Shown here one piece after another: positions 1-12,964 of a stretch of DNA of 64,000 nucleotides. A model generated the notes under the pieces. The model had not been told where the DNA came from, did not search any database, and saw only the letters and a program-made list of their open reading frames with translations. The stretch is taken from contig OZ024741.1 in assembly GCA_964016885.1 (NCBI GenBank), forward strand, positions 198,772,001 through 198,836,000. The letters run 5' to 3'. The translations under genes and the position numbers were made by a program. Origin of the DNA: Eledone cirrhosa (Eukaryota). Position 1 is the stretch's first letter; each line of letters starts with the position of its first letter.

Positions 1-59
1 CAGCATCTCGAGATCAGCTCTAACCTTATCTGCTCAGGTGTTTTACAGTCTTTCTCTAC

Positions 60-180
60 TAGAGCTTCTTCCTACTGAAATCATGTGGCACTTTTTCACC
101 CAGTGTTCATCATCCATGTACATCACATCCATACTAGTACAATCTTTTCTCTTGCACACTTCATCTAATTCCTCTGAACA
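60..180 (-). mobile_element. Degenerate RTE LINE RT C-terminal fragment
   Basis: Reverse complement translates RGIR*SVQEKRLY*YG, like the RGIKCCVQERRLRWYGHV block of other RTE copies in the window. Confidence 0.55.
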
Positions 181-633
181 TATCAAAAACATTTCAAATT
201 CCTGCTTAAAAGGAATCTTGATAAAACATTATCAGTATAGATATGTGAGTCAGTTGCAAGCTCTTGTCCATATTAAAGGTCAGTAGCTTCATTTGAGTAC
301 TGACATGATCTGTGGGGACCCATCCAACACATGCTAGCATGGCAAATGGACATTAAATGATATTGATGATTTTTCTCTCAATTTTTGTCTCAAGGCTAAA
401 CTTCTACTGTATCCTTCATACCTTTTGTAGAAACTGAAATTCAAGATTAACTGTGTAGTGTAAATATGTAATGATACAGTTTAATGTGTAGAAAAATGCA
501 AACAGGTGCACAAGATATATAGTGATATTTTAGTTTGACATTAGTGAATACTATTATTATCTGCGATGATATTAACAGAATATAGCCGTTACATATTTTT
601 TTCTGTATGACTGCAAATGTTGAATATATTGGA

Positions 634-836
634 TTAATCCTTTTGATACTAACCTGCACAAGATTGTCTCTGATTCTAGGAAACAAAGCCATCCATATTA
701 AATGCATTCCTATTTAAATTAAAAACTTCTAACATAGTTTGATATAAGAGCTTTTTGTTTAAGTTATTACAAATTCCATTTTAATGCTGAAGCAATAATT
801 TAAATTTCATTAGAAATATGGTGCCAGAAGGGTTAA
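634..836. mobile_element. piggyBac-derived MITE (family A), degenerate
   Basis: TTAA-TCCTTTTGATAC ... GAAGGG-TTAA; related copies at 30818, 47659 and (reverse) about 4390-4626. Confidence 0.6.
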
Positions 837-1042
837 TCTTAGTATAAATAGTGTATTAGAGAAGACACAAAACTTTGTTCTATTCTATCAAGCTGCAAAA
901 AGCCTGAGAAGAAGTAGGAATGGCACACAACTAAAAAAATAATTGTTTCACAACATACAAAAGTCCAAATTAAAAAAAATATGTGTTTCTTCTATGCTAC
1001 CATGTGGAAATGAATTTAAAATAGTGAACATGATAATAATAA

Positions 1043-1204
1043 TTGTTTCTACTTTTGGCACAAGGCTAGCGATTATCACAGTGTATTACTGGTACTTTAT
1101 TTTATAGACCCCATAAGGATGAAAGGCAAAGTTGAACTCAGCCCATAAAGGGCCGTAACTCTTTGCTGCAAAGCATGGCGTCTGATCCTCTACTGATACT
1201 GCCA
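1043..1204 (-). mobile_element. tRNA-derived SINE family 1, degenerate
   Basis: Reverse-complement match to the 18032 and 62698 copies. Confidence 0.75.
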
Positions 1205-2092
1205 AATAAACAATAAGAGTTTCTAACAGGTAAAAATGCCAAATTTTGAGGAAGGGAACAATAGATTATATTGATCTCCAGTACTTGACTGGTACAGATT
1301 TTATCAGCTTTTGATGGATGACAAAACTGAACTTAGCAGGACTGAAACTCAGAATGTGAAGAAATACCACAAAGCATTTTCATCATCATTGTTCCACCAA
1401 TTCTGTCAATTTTCTGCCATCACTGTTCCACCAATTCTGTTAATCCACTGCTACCACTGTTCCACTGATTCTGTCAATCCACTGCTCCATCAATTCTGTT
1501 AATCTATTGCTCCATCAGTTCTCTTAATCCACTACCATCACTGTTCAAATGATTCTCTGAAGTCATTATCCTCCTGCCAAACAATAATCTGTATTTTTTA
1601 GCCACAGGTCTTTAATATACAGTAAAAGTGACCAATATAAGTCAGGTTAATTAGGTTTAAAGCTATTTTGCTATTTTCTTGTTCATGTTGAGAATGAAGA
1701 GCTTGGTAAACTTTAGATATTCATAGATTTAAAAAAAATGATTTGCCAGGCTGTATCACTGTGTTTGACAGCCACTGAAGATACATATTACTACAGTTGT
1801 AGGGTAAAATGTGTGTCATTGCAATGGTCTCAAATGTTTTCATGAATAATGCAGATCTAAACTTGGCAAGAATTAAATAGAATTTAATTTCAATTAAAGT
1901 ATATTATCCTGTGAAGTGGTAGTGGTGGTGCTATAATAAAATGCATCTAGTACACATTGTGAAGTGGTTGGCATTAGGAAGGGAATCCAGCCACAGAAAC
2001 CATGTCAGAAAGGAACCTATGAGCATGTTATGAAACACAGTTATCTGATCTGTTTAGCCTCAAAGCCTGACATACTATCTAGTGTGGAAAAT

Positions 2093-2440
2093 AGACATAA
2101 AACAGTGATGATGGTAATGAATATACGAGAGGGCTTCAAAAAGTTTGTGGAAAAAAATGGTTTAAGTTATGATGTTTATTTTTCAACATATGCTCCATCT
2201 AGGTCAATACACTTCTGCAAGCATTGTTGATCTGTGTAAAACTGAGGGCCATGCGATTTAAACCATGTGCTTTAAATTGCATGGCCCTCAGTTTTACACA
2301 GATCAACAATGCTTGCAGAAATGTATTGACCTAGATGGAGCATATGTTGAAAAATAAACATCATAACTTAAACCGTTTTTTTCCACAAACTTTTTGAAGC
2401 CCTCTCGTATATTCATTACCATCATCACTGTTTTATGTCT
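2093..2440. repeat. 348-bp near-perfect palindrome (fold-back inversion)
   Basis: 2093-2262 is the reverse complement of 2271-2440 with few mismatches; symmetry centre at 2266/2267. Confidence 0.95.
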
Positions 2441-2754
2441 CTTCTACTTCTAAAACGATTATCCATTTGTAGGTTGTTCATTTCTTTGGGGCATTGTTCC
2501 CATGAACTTGCTCCAGAGCGTCAATGATTTGGTTGCTCTTCCACCCTAGCTTCACCAGAATTTTATGTTTTGATGGAGGCCATGTTACTCGAGCAAGTGC
2601 TGATTTCTGACTAGTGGACCTGCATTACAACATGCATTTAAGGGTTCATGTTATGGCACGTTAGTATGAGAACGTACGGGTGAATTGAGATCAAAATCTC
2701 TGCATACGATTTTTACCTATGAACTTTTTCCACAAACTTTTTGAAGCCCCCTCG
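2126..2754. mobile_element. Non-autonomous mariner-type DNA transposon
   Basis: About 30-bp TIRs CGAG(A/G)GGGCTTCAAAAAGTTTGTGGAAAAA, flanked by TA at 2124-2125 and 2755-2756. Confidence 0.85.
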
Positions 2755-2893
2755 TATATGTGTTCATAGATATTAATAGCTTGTCATTTAATTGTAATGA
2801 GTATAATAAAAGAGTAACAACCATTCTGTAGTATGTTCACAGATTGCTTTATGTTGTGAAGAATTAAAATCTTTTCATAATATTTAATATATA

Positions 2894-3209
2894 TATTGTT
2901 ATATTTGGCAATGGTCATTTCACCAATAAAAACACAATTTTCACTTCAGCTTTATTATTAGTTATCAGTTAGTTTGTCAAAGATCTTTCATCATACATTC
3001 TGTGACCTCCTCAATGATATTTGTTTTCTGTCTCCTCTTCTTTTTGGTCCTAATCTGTTTATTCAATCTTGTCTTTCTCAAACTAACTAATAACAAAGCT
3101 GAAGTGAAAATTGAATAGTGTGTGTATTTTTATTGGCAAAAATATCCATATCCATCTGATTCAACACACAATTTCACATCAAGAATCTTGCACAACAAAT
3201 ATATAAACC
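2894..3209 (+). mobile_element. Inverted-repeat + tail element, probably Penelope-like derived
   Basis: Arms caccaataaaaacacaattttcacttcagcttt / aaagctgaagtgaaaattg...tttttattgg; tail ...aagaatcttgcacaacaaatata; candidate TSD ttaatatatata; same family as 11500. Confidence 0.6.
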
Positions 3210-3269
3210 TTAATATATATACTTCTAAATATAAAATTGTCTGGTTAACTGATGTTTCTTTTCAATTAG

Positions 3270-3359
3270 ACAGAAAATGAAGATCTATTGAGAAGAGTAG
3301 AAGAAAATGAAAAAGTATCTAATCTAAAACAGCAGGAAAAAGATGAAATTATTAAGGAT
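3270..3359 (+). CDS. GCC1: GCC1 internal coding exon (first visible in window), coiled coil
   Basis: Acceptor ttttcaattag|ACA and donor GAT|gtaagt; 90 nt, phase 0/0; TENEDLLRRVEENEKVSNLKQQEKDEIIKD joins in frame to the next exon. Confidence 0.85.
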
Positions 3360-3424
3360 GTAAGTGTCATTGAGAAAAAACACCAAGGCCATGTTATAAT
3401 TGTATATTCATATTTTTAGTCTAC

Positions 3425-3850
3425 ATAGTAGAGCTGGTGTCGTAAGGAAAAGCACTCTGCCTAACTTGTAAGGTGGTAGTGCTGGTGCTAGGATAAAAAA
3501 GCACCCAGTTAAACCTGTAAGGTGGTAGTGCTAGTGCCATGACAAAAAAGCACCCAATCCATCCTGGAGTCATGATAAAACTCACCCAGTTCACCCTGTA
3601 AGGTGGTACTGCTTGTGTCAAAACACACCCAGCCCACATTGTAAAATGGCAGTGTTGGTGCCATGTCAAAAAACAAAAATAACCCCACAAAAACATACAG
3701 TTCATCTGGTCGTGTTGGTACCACAATAAAATGTACCCAACTGACACGAAGGTGGTAGTGAGAGAATCATGATAAAATGCTTCCAGTACATGCTGTAAAG
3801 TGGTTGGTGTTAGGAAGAGCATCTAGCTATAGAAACCAAGCCAGAATTTG
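3425..3850 (+). mobile_element. RTE-tail-type repeat with internal ~47-bp minisatellite array
   Basis: Tandem gcacccagtnnacnctgtaaggtggtagtgctggtgccatgayaaaa units ending in gtggttggtgttaggaagagcatc. Confidence 0.75.
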
Positions 3851-4168
3851 GTTTCATGGCTTTAAGCAGATGAGCTCACAGATAAAAATTCCAAAGTCAA
3901 GTACCTATTCTTGACAACTAAAAAAATTGAAGCACAGGATTAAATATCCTTCTCAAATAGACAACAATATGCGTACACTAGATTTGGTCTTTGGTCTAAC
4001 TTTTATATTTGATCATTTCGTTTGTACACCTGTTCTGTGCTTTAATCCTGAAAATGTTACTATACCTTTATCATACTGGTCTGTTTAACACACAGACAAA
4101 GATTGATAAAATATTTTACATGGATTAAAGATGAAAAGCAATGAAGATTGTTTTAATTTTTGTTACAG

Positions 4169-4297
4169 TTAAAGCAGAAACTTCGGTCTCAACAAAGAGA
4201 ACGAGAACTAGAACAAACAGACCATGCATTTATGTTAAGAGAACTTCAAAAGCTTGTGAATGATGAGCGGACTGCCAGAGAAGATCTTGAGTATCAA
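4169..4297 (+). CDS. GCC1: GCC1 coding exon
   Basis: tttgttacag|TTA ... CAA|gtgagg; 129 nt; LKQKLRSQQRERELEQTDHAFMLRELQKLVNDERTAREDLEYQ resembles the GCC1 motif EQxDHAxMLRELQKL (recalled from the vertebrate protein). Confidence 0.92.
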
Positions 4298-4714
4298 GTG
4301 AGGATCTGATGTGGATTTTTTCTTTTGTTTATATTTTAATAACCTCTGATTTAACTGCATATAATGTTAGATAAATTATAGTAATAATAATTATTATTAC
4401 CATATTTCTAATGAAATACACTGCCTGTGTTTCAATAAATTTTGAAAAATAATCCAGTATTTGGAGGAATTTAATAAAATAATGAACTTTTTAATTAGTA
4501 AGTTGATATTTAGCAAAAATTTCCTTTAAAATGACAAAGATTTTAATATTAATATAAACATTTTAAAATGAACAGTTTTGTATCAAAATGAAAGTGGTTT
4601 CAGGTGGTTTGGTATAAAAAATGTTAAAGAAATTATCTGATGAACTGGTTGAGCTTTTAAGTTCTCTAGGAATGTTTGCATCATAATAAACTGTTTCATT
4701 AGTGTGAAATAACA

Positions 4715-5135
4715 ATAACAATGAAATTATTGTGTACAGTGCTCAGGTGCACTACAACTCGTCAAAGGTGCATGTATAGTACATAGAATAATATACAAAT
4801 ATCAGGGAAGTGAATAGTGTATGAGTCATGATATACATGTGTGCGTGTGTATGGAGGGGGAATATTAGGTGTAGTGTTGGCGAATCTCAGGAAGCATGGA
4901 GGTTTTAAAGGATGCAGTGTCTCGACAGCTAATAACTGATGCAGGTAGTTTGCTTCAGCAACTCTGAACATGAAAAAACGTTTCCCAAAGTCATGGGAGC
5001 TGTGCTGTTTTCTGACTTTGTAGGCATGCCCACGTGTGTTAGACACATGGAAATCAAAAAGGTACTCAGGGTTGTTGTTGGCAAGATGGTTAATAATTTT
5101 GTGGGTGTTTACCAAGTCAGTTGCCAGACAAGATA
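4715..5135 (-). mobile_element. CR1-like LINE 3' end
   Basis: ORF 4762..5115 contains KIIN...NTRGHAYKVRK...KRFFMFRV, typical of CR1-group ORF2 C-termini; followed by 3' UTR and a short repeat tail. Confidence 0.75.
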
Positions 5136-5399
5136 CAGAGTTGTAATAACTAATTAGATAAGGTATCAGAACAATAAATTAAATAAATTAAATTAAATAT
5201 TTAATAGTATTTAGAACAAGATTGTTGTGTGTATCCTGGTTTTTAGAATAAGCACATAGTATCCCTGCATGTTATAAGTAACTAAAAGGGTTACCATCTG
5301 GAAAGGTATCCTGCTATAAAACCCACCTCTGCTGCTAATTTACTCACCCAGGTAGCACAAGCTGCCTACTGCTTCTAACACACCTTCTCAGAATTTGAT

Positions 5400-6425
5400 A
5401 GTGCTTGTTTCCTATTGTCGCTTGCTGCTTATTGTTCTGGTGCAACGGCTACATGTAAAACCTACATTCTTTGCTAAACTACCTGAGATCCCTCTACATC
5501 TCTTGTGTACCCATAGTTTGCATTTAGGACAGAGGAAGGAATTTGTACAATCACTCTTCCTACACACTGAGCAAGGCCATTTCCCTGAGGGGCTCAGGTC
5601 TCTGTTTTCTCTTCTACTTACTAGGACCTTATTCTTTATCAGGTTGACTTTAAGACTCTTGGTTTCTGGCCCATACTTCCCAGTTTGGAATTTCTTCTCT
5701 AGTTCCGCCATAGATTCCGCTATGAGTGTAAGATCATCTGCGTACAGGAGTTCCCACGGGTAGCCGGTTTTAACCTCTGTTATAGCCTGCAGTACGATAA
5801 TAAGCAGGAGAGGGCTAAGAACAGAGCCCCAGAGGACGCCAACCTGCACGCTAAATTCCTCGCTATAACTTTGCTGAGTGCTCCCCTATACATGGCTTGT
5901 ACAGCCTTCACAAACCACTTATCTACTCCTAGTTTTATAAAAGCCCATTAGATTATGGCACGGGGCACTCTGTTGAAAGCTTTCTCCAGAACAACAAATG
6001 CCAGGTAGTGTGGCTTACTTTTAGCTAGGTACTTTTCCTGTAACTGCTTCGCCAGGAAGAGAGCATCTGTGGTGCTTTTGCCTGGTACAAATCCAAACTG
6101 CATTTCATCTAGATTAACTCGATCCCTAATCAGCTGTTACTTCCATGACCTGGTCTAGCAACTTGATGCATCTATAGTTTCCTCTATCTACTGCATCTCC
6201 TTTACCCTTGTGGCAGTTGACAATGATGCTGTGCCAATCATTTGGTATTTACTATTACTTGGTTTACAATACATGTGGTTAAGGTGTGACCCACCCACTC
6301 AGATGCTTTCAGCATCTCGGCAACTATTCCCGGTGGACTAACTGCTTTCCTGGTCTTCATAGCTTTAATTGCCTTACAACATTGCTGCTGACTTGTATGG
6401 CTGGGCTCTCTATTGGGTCCACTTA
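5400..6425 (-). mobile_element. RTE-clade LINE RT fragment with PHD-type finger
   Basis: ORF 5412..5849 has GSVLSPLL, LLYADDL and a Cys/His module; upstream frameshifted RT motifs (EKAFNRVP, QFGFVPGKSTTDA). Confidence 0.9.
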
Positions 6426-7008
6426 GAGTGCTATACCTATAAGCATATACTGACTATATATATAGCTGCTATATGCTTATAGGTATAGAAACATCAAAGC
6501 CATTCCTTAATAGACATCTTCAGGAAAAATAGTTAGGGTTAGATGGGTTATCTCAGACCAGTCAGTACTGAAGTGTTGCTATTGACCTCTCAGAGGAGCT
6601 AGAGGACTTGCATCTTGCATAAATATGTTCCTGCTTCCCACACACTATCATCAATTGCTGCAACAGGCTGGGGGCCTGCACTCTACTGAGTGCATTGTAT
6701 CATGGCATAGCACAAGGGAGGTTGTCATGTCTTGGCATGGCTGAAGAGTCCTCTCAACCTATGAGATATAATGAAATAATCAAGAAATTGCTTAATAATG
6801 AGGTTAAATTGAAGATAAATAGGGAACAAGAATCATTAATAATAATATGGGATTAATATTACTTGTTAAGTATGATCTTACATTCTGAAATTGGATCTTT
6901 ATTATTTGTGACACTTTTCAATGATTGATATTTTCTAGTAAAGTATTATAGAATTTTCAAGCGAGTTTTATTTTAATTTTATTATTTCTTTTTTTTATAT
7001 TTAAATAG

Positions 7009-7200
7009 CTGGATTTATCCCAAAGTGCATTGCAAGCTAAAGAGAAAGCTAATAAACTTTCAGAGCAATATGAGAAAAGAATACATGACTTGTCTAATGA
7101 ATTAATGGTTTTACAGAATCGCTTAAAAGCTGCCGAAGAGAAGGCTAACCAGCCATCCCCATTACTACTTGAACTACAAAAAGAATTAGGCAGCTTGAAG
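7009..7200 (+). CDS. GCC1: GCC1 coding exon
   Basis: Polypyrimidine tract + aaatag|CTG ... AAG|gtattt; 192 nt, phase 0/0; LDLSQSALQAKE...EEKANQPSPLLLELQKELGSLK (part of ORF 7030..7341). Confidence 0.92.
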
Positions 7201-7730
7201 GTATTTGTTTTACTCAATGTCCAACTGTTTTCATTTTCATTACACCTGTATATATTAATACAGTCATTAGGAAATACTAAATGGCACAACACTATCAAAC
7301 AAACTCTAAGGTTTCTCTCAACAGGCTGGTTGAGTTGTTAAGGTGTTAGATGCATGTTGTATATATGATGAATTAAAACGTTTTAGCACGAACTGCAAAG
7401 TAACAACTCATTGTTATACTTTGTTGAAGGGATTTTATTCCTAAATATCAGGACCTCTAAAGATCTTTATGGTAACATCTCAACATCACTGTTATCATCA
7501 TATTCTAAACATTTTCTCTCCAATTCACATTGTGGCAGCCTTCAAACAAAACACTATTTTCTAGAACTAAGTAAATCAGATATAAACATTGATATAAAAG
7601 TGGAATTTTCAGACATATTCAGCCAACTTCTAGAATGGCAAAATGTTTAACATTTTCATATCTTTAGAAAAGTTACAACTTGTTACTTAATTAGTATTGG
7701 ACTGTTGTCATTATAATCATAATCCTAGTG

Positions 7731-7940
7731 TGGGTGATTGGCAAAGAATTTAGAGTGTCGAATAAATTCTTAGGAGTATTTGATCTGTCTCTTTACATTC
7801 TGAGTTAAAATCCAGCTGATGTCAATTTTGCCTTTCATCCTTCTGAGATTAATAAAATAAAGTACCAGTCAAGTACTGGGGTTGATATAATTGACTTTCT
7901 CCTCCTCAAAATTTCTAGCCTTGTGCCAACATTAGAAAGC
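7731..7940 (+). mobile_element. tRNA-derived SINE family 1, diverged
   Basis: ttggcaaagaatt A-box-like, ctgagttaaaatcc B-box-like, gcctttcatcctt core, ccttgtgccaa tail. Confidence 0.7.
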
Positions 7941-8380
7941 ATTATAATCGTCAACCCTGTTCTTAAAATCTGTTGGCCACTGATAAATTCCCAAGACTTC
8001 TCAACCTATAGTTTAGATTGTCCTGCAGCTGTTGAAAAGATATCTTGAAAATATTATGGTTGTAAGAATTATTAGCATCAGTTTAAAGATGGAAAGATGT
8101 TTGTCTTTTTGGGGTTTTTTTTTTTTTTATTGCCGTCCCTGCTGAAAATGTCACATGTATTAGAGTAGTACAAAGATCTTCTAGATGCCTCCAGCATCCC
8201 ATTGCTCAAAAATTCAGAGCAATGGACTATTTGTGGGCTGAATATAAATGATTTGTTGTCAATATAAAAAGACAATTGTATTCAAATGCCATAAATACCA
8301 CTCAAGATTTATATCATTAAAAAGATAAAATCTGATTTGATTTTTCAAACTTCATATATTATCATCTTTGATTTTTTTAG

Positions 8381-8765
8381 TCTCAGTATCATAATCAAGT
8401 ATGCCAGGAAGAGCAACGAGCAAATGATGCTGAAGACAATTTGAATAACATGGCAGAACAAAGTGAAGAACGTGTGTCTGGGCTGGAGTCTAAACTATCG
8501 GAATTGTCAGAAGTTGTTGGTAACTATGAACGGTTACGTTTACAAGACCAACAAGCCATTTACCGACTTAAAGAAAGGGTTACTCAGCTTGATACTGAGA
8601 ATATGGCTCTTGCTCAAGCTGCTCATATACCAGACATTAAAAAAGATATAGAAGACGAGAATGATGTGAACGATGTTCAGTTGCTTGTTGATAAGATCAA
8701 GAAATATAAGAAGCTATTAAACACTGCTTTAAGTCAAAAAACTGAGAAACCATTTGAACTTGATG
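8381..8765 (+). CDS. GCC1: GCC1 coding exon
   Basis: atttttttag|TCT ... GATG|gtaagt; 385 nt, phase 0/1; EERVSGLESKLSELSEVVGNYERLRLQDQQAIYRLKERVTQLDTENMALAQAA resembles the conserved GCC1 block. Confidence 0.94.
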
Positions 8766-8884
8766 GTAAGTTTATTTAGAATAATTTAGATTATACTGAA
8801 GACACATTCATTTTTAATCCATTGTAGATTTTATTGTATTAACTCATTTAAGGGTAAAAGATTTTTAAAACTTTGAAATATATG

Positions 8885-9200
8885 TCATCATCATCATCAC
8901 CATTTAATGTCTATTTTCCATGTTTGCATGGGTTAATGGGTTGTCGTGTAATGAGGCCTGACAGGTTAGGTGATGCACAACTTACTTGTACACTTCGTTT
9001 TTGGCTTGGTTTCTATGGCTTGAGGCCCTTCGTAATGCCAACCACTTTACTGACTATACTAGGAGTATTTTATCGTGAGTCCAGCACTACCACCTTAGAG
9101 AGTGGACTGAGTACATTTTATCATGTCACCAGCACTACCACTTTACAGAGTAGGTTGGGTACATTTTTATCATGGCACAAGCAGTACCACCTTACAGTGT
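8885..9200 (-). mobile_element. RTE-tail-type repeat with minisatellite units
   Basis: (CAT)n then tttaatgtctattttccatgtttgcatggg and cagcactaccac units. Confidence 0.7.
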
Positions 9201-9521
9201 AGCCTTTTCTATTGTTTATTGGGCTTTTAATTGTAATATTAATATTAGGGATTTCTTACATAAGTATGTTCTCAGTTTTATAGTTGAAGAAGAAACGGGA
9301 TGTTGTAAAAGATATAATGTCACAACTGGAATGCTTACAACCAGAGTTGGAAACTGAGTTATTCACTCAACTAACCAGGAGCTTACCTGTGTCTTTATCT
9401 TTGGTTCAGGAAAATTTGGGATAATTTTAACAAAATTGTTGAGTTTCTCGTTCTTGAAATAATTTAGATAATATTCATCTATGTATATAATCACTCATTA
9501 TTCATTATTTTTGTATCACAT

Positions 9522-9925
9522 GGTGCGATAGATTGGCAGCATCGGTTGAGCATCGAACAAAATACTTGGTGATATTTAGTTATTATTTTCTGAGTGCAAA
9601 CCTCGCCAAGGTCAACTTTGTCTTCCAGTGTTGATAACATAATGTATCAGTTAAATACTGTTGATGGTATAGTCAACTTTCCCTTCCCCAAATTGCTGGC
9701 CTTGTGCCAATGCTTGAAAGAATTATTTTGTATCACATATACAAGTAAAAATGATATAGGATGGTGGATTGGCAGAATTGTAAGAGCATCAGACAAAATG
9801 CTTTGCAACATTTAGTTACAACCATTTACATTCTGAGTTCAAATCCTGGTGAAGTTAACTTTGCCTTTCATCCTTTTGGGGTTAATAAAATAATGCATCA
9901 GTCCAGTACAAATACTGGAGTAAAT
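9522..9925 (+). mobile_element. Two adjacent diverged SINE family 1 copies (about 9522-9720 and 9761-9925)
   Basis: ggattggcag heads, ctgagttcaaatcc B box, ttgcctttcatcc core. Confidence 0.7.
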
Positions 9926-11499
9926 GTAATCTACCCCCCACAACAAATATTGCTAGAAATCCATATTTTGTATCACATATTGGTTAGTCAAACTGAGAAA
10001 GTATTGTTTTTAGTTAGTCTCATATTCACCATGTTTCATCCTCATAAAAGTTATTTATTTTTTTATATCACAGTTGGTGAACACTGATGCCATTGGTTAC
10101 ATATTTTCAATGAGCCATTTAGTTGCTTGAGTCAGTTCGGGTGGCATAGGAAACAAGGGAGTGTCTGTAACTCGATGCAGAACAAATACTTCCTGCAGAA
10201 ATACTTCTTGAAAAGCACTGTATTTTTGTATTTTCTGACAATGTTTATATCCTCAAAAGATATATACAAACTTCATACACACAAACATATATATATATCC
10301 CAGGAGAGATGACCCCTTAGCCTTTGTCAAGGCAGAATTCTAGGAGAAGGAAAACTCTGCAACCCTGATGGTATCCAATGATGTTGACTTGTTTTTCTTT
10401 TTGGTAAATATCATCTTGGTTAAGAGAGTGGGACTGGCTTTGTGCAGTGCCTTTGCTCACTATAAACGCTTCACGGCACAGGCATTGCTTTATATCTGGA
10501 GATCTCTCTGCACTTGTCGTCACATGGTACCATGGGCCCAGCACTATGTGTCAATAATTGTCACAAGTGTATATGACAAGCTTCCAAATAATTTCTGCCT
10601 TTTGCATTCCACTTGCAAGGTATTGGTTAATCTGAGGCTATGGCAGAAGACACTTGTCTAAAATGCTACACAGTGGGATCAAACCCTAAACCATGCAGTT
10701 GCAAATCTAACTTCTTAATCACAGAACCATGTCTGCACCCAAATATTTCACCTTAGCTTTTCCCTTCACTGAAGGAGGAAGGCCTAAAAACTATTATAAT
10801 GTTTCTGAACAGTTTAAATAAGAATAGCCCAAACTATTTAATATCTTTTTCAAATGAACGTATAAGCCCAATAAAAATACTTTTATGAGTGGCTGTACAG
10901 CTTAGTGGTTAGGGTGTTTGTAAGGTCATGAGTTTGATTTCTGAACTGACAAGACTCTATATTTCATGTTACTCCAGTCCACTTAGCTGTCAACAATGAG
11001 TTATACCTGTAATTCAAGGTGCCTGCTTTGTCACACACTGTGTATGCTGAATCTTCCTGAGAAGGATGCATAAGTTTGTGGAATGCTCAGCCACTTGTAT
11101 GTTAATTTCATGAGCAGGTAACTCCATTAATTGAATCAACAGGAACACTAATCAGAAATGACAGTTCCAACAACAACAACATTTGGATATATTTTCTATA
11201 AGAACACATATAAATATAGAATAACCTTTTGGTGTTGAATGACTTATCTGTTGAGTATCCAGATGGCTGATAAGAAAACTGCTTTTACATTGGAAGGCTA
11301 GCTGTAAATCAGATAAGCACAATTTGAGTTCTGAGTTGTTTGTATGACTTCTATAGGAATGGTGACTGAGAAATAAGGACTTACAATCACTAAGTCAGAT
11401 ATTCAATCTCTGCTGCAAACATATGGGGAATAGGCTTGTTCAGCCCATTTTAGTCTCAGCAATATATTGTTACTAATTCTCACCTTATACTTAAATAAG

Positions 11500-11896
11500 T
11501 ATTGTTATACTTTGAGAGGGTCATGCTGCCAATAAAAAACACACACACCTGTTGGATTTCACTTCAATTTATTACATACTCCCAGGGAAAAGCGGACATA
11601 AAATGATGATGATGATGGTGGTGGTTGTTTAGTTGTTGATTGTCAAAACTCTTTTGTCATAGTCTAGGACAACACAAAGGAGAGATGGAAAAGACTGTGA
11701 AAGAGCTTTGACAATCAACAACTAAACAACCATCCAGTTATTAAACTAACTGGCTGGGAGTTTATAATAAATTGAAGTGAAAACCAACAGGTACGTGTGT
11801 TTTTTTATTGACAGTATGACCCTCCCAAAGTATAACAATATCCATTTCAACACGTTTTCAGATAAGAAATCTTGCAAAACAAATATAAAAATGAAG
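11500..11896 (+). mobile_element. Long inverted-repeat + tail element with 18-bp TSD, probably Penelope-like derived
   Basis: Arms about 11500-11665 and 11692-11840; tail ttcaacacgttttcagataagaaatcttgcaaaacaaatata; direct repeat tacttaaataagtattgt at 11488-11505 and 11897-11914. Confidence 0.75.
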
Positions 11897-12964
11897 TACT
11901 TAAATAAGTATTGTATGGAAAGACACCCAAAGTATAATGTCTCAGTTTAGAACTTGAAGAATCACCCATAACTAGTATGGAATAATTGTAAAGTGTAACA
12001 AAGATACATGTTATTGGTATTATATTGACACAAAACGTTTAGAGCTCTTTGTGGATAGGGAAAACGTCAATTAGATCATTATTCCAAGCAAAGGTGCCAT
12101 TTTATTCTAAATGTCTATTTAATTAGACACAAGGTAAATATTGGGAAAAGATGTCTAAGAAAACTTCATCATCATCTTTACTGTTTAATGTCTATTTTCT
12201 ATGCTTGCATGGATTAGACAGTTTGACACGTTATGATGCTACAGACTTCAAGGGACTAGGTCTTGCTCATACGATCCGTTTTGGCTTGATTTCTATGGCT
12301 GGATGCTCCATGATGAAATAAAAGGTGTAAGTCACTCTTGTTTGGGCTGTAATTTAGCATGGAAAAATGATACACTAAAATAGATTAAAGCTTCATATCG
12401 AGTTGCTTCCTCTTACTATAACCATTTTAAAGACAAGAGAAAATTGCAACCAAGGGAAATAACTGTTGTAGTAGTTGCATTTAAAGTTTCTCTTATTCTT
12501 ACAGTGATTTTAGCCATTGGACTGTGGCGATTCTATGACACTGCCTTCAACGATTTTAGTCGATTATATTGATCTCTGTTCTTTGTCCGGTATTTATTTT
12601 ATCTTTTTTATCAAGGAACAATAGCAAATCCAACCAATCTGCTATTCCATGCTGATGTATATATATGCATGTAAACGTGGTTGGTGTTAGGAAGGGCATC
12701 CAGCCGTAGAAAACCTGCCAGACAGTCCTATACGAGTGAGACATAGTCACCCGACCAATCTTGCCTCAAGTAGGACAATTCCCGTCTAAACCCATGCTAG
12801 CGTGGAAGATAGACGTTAAACAATGATGATGGTGATGATGATAATGATATGCAGTGGGGTTGAAGCTAAAGCCACATACCTCAAAGCAAACTTCTTTTTC
12901 ACATAGTCATGTACGTGTCTATTTAAAAAAATACCAAACATTTATCAAATTTGCATGTTATCCT

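Noticed and set aside
3425-3850. Regularly spaced ~47-bp repeats resembling a CRISPR array (also 37745 and 59030)
   Set aside because: Degenerate tandem units without unique spacers, part of a retroposon tail in a eukaryotic intron; no cas genes
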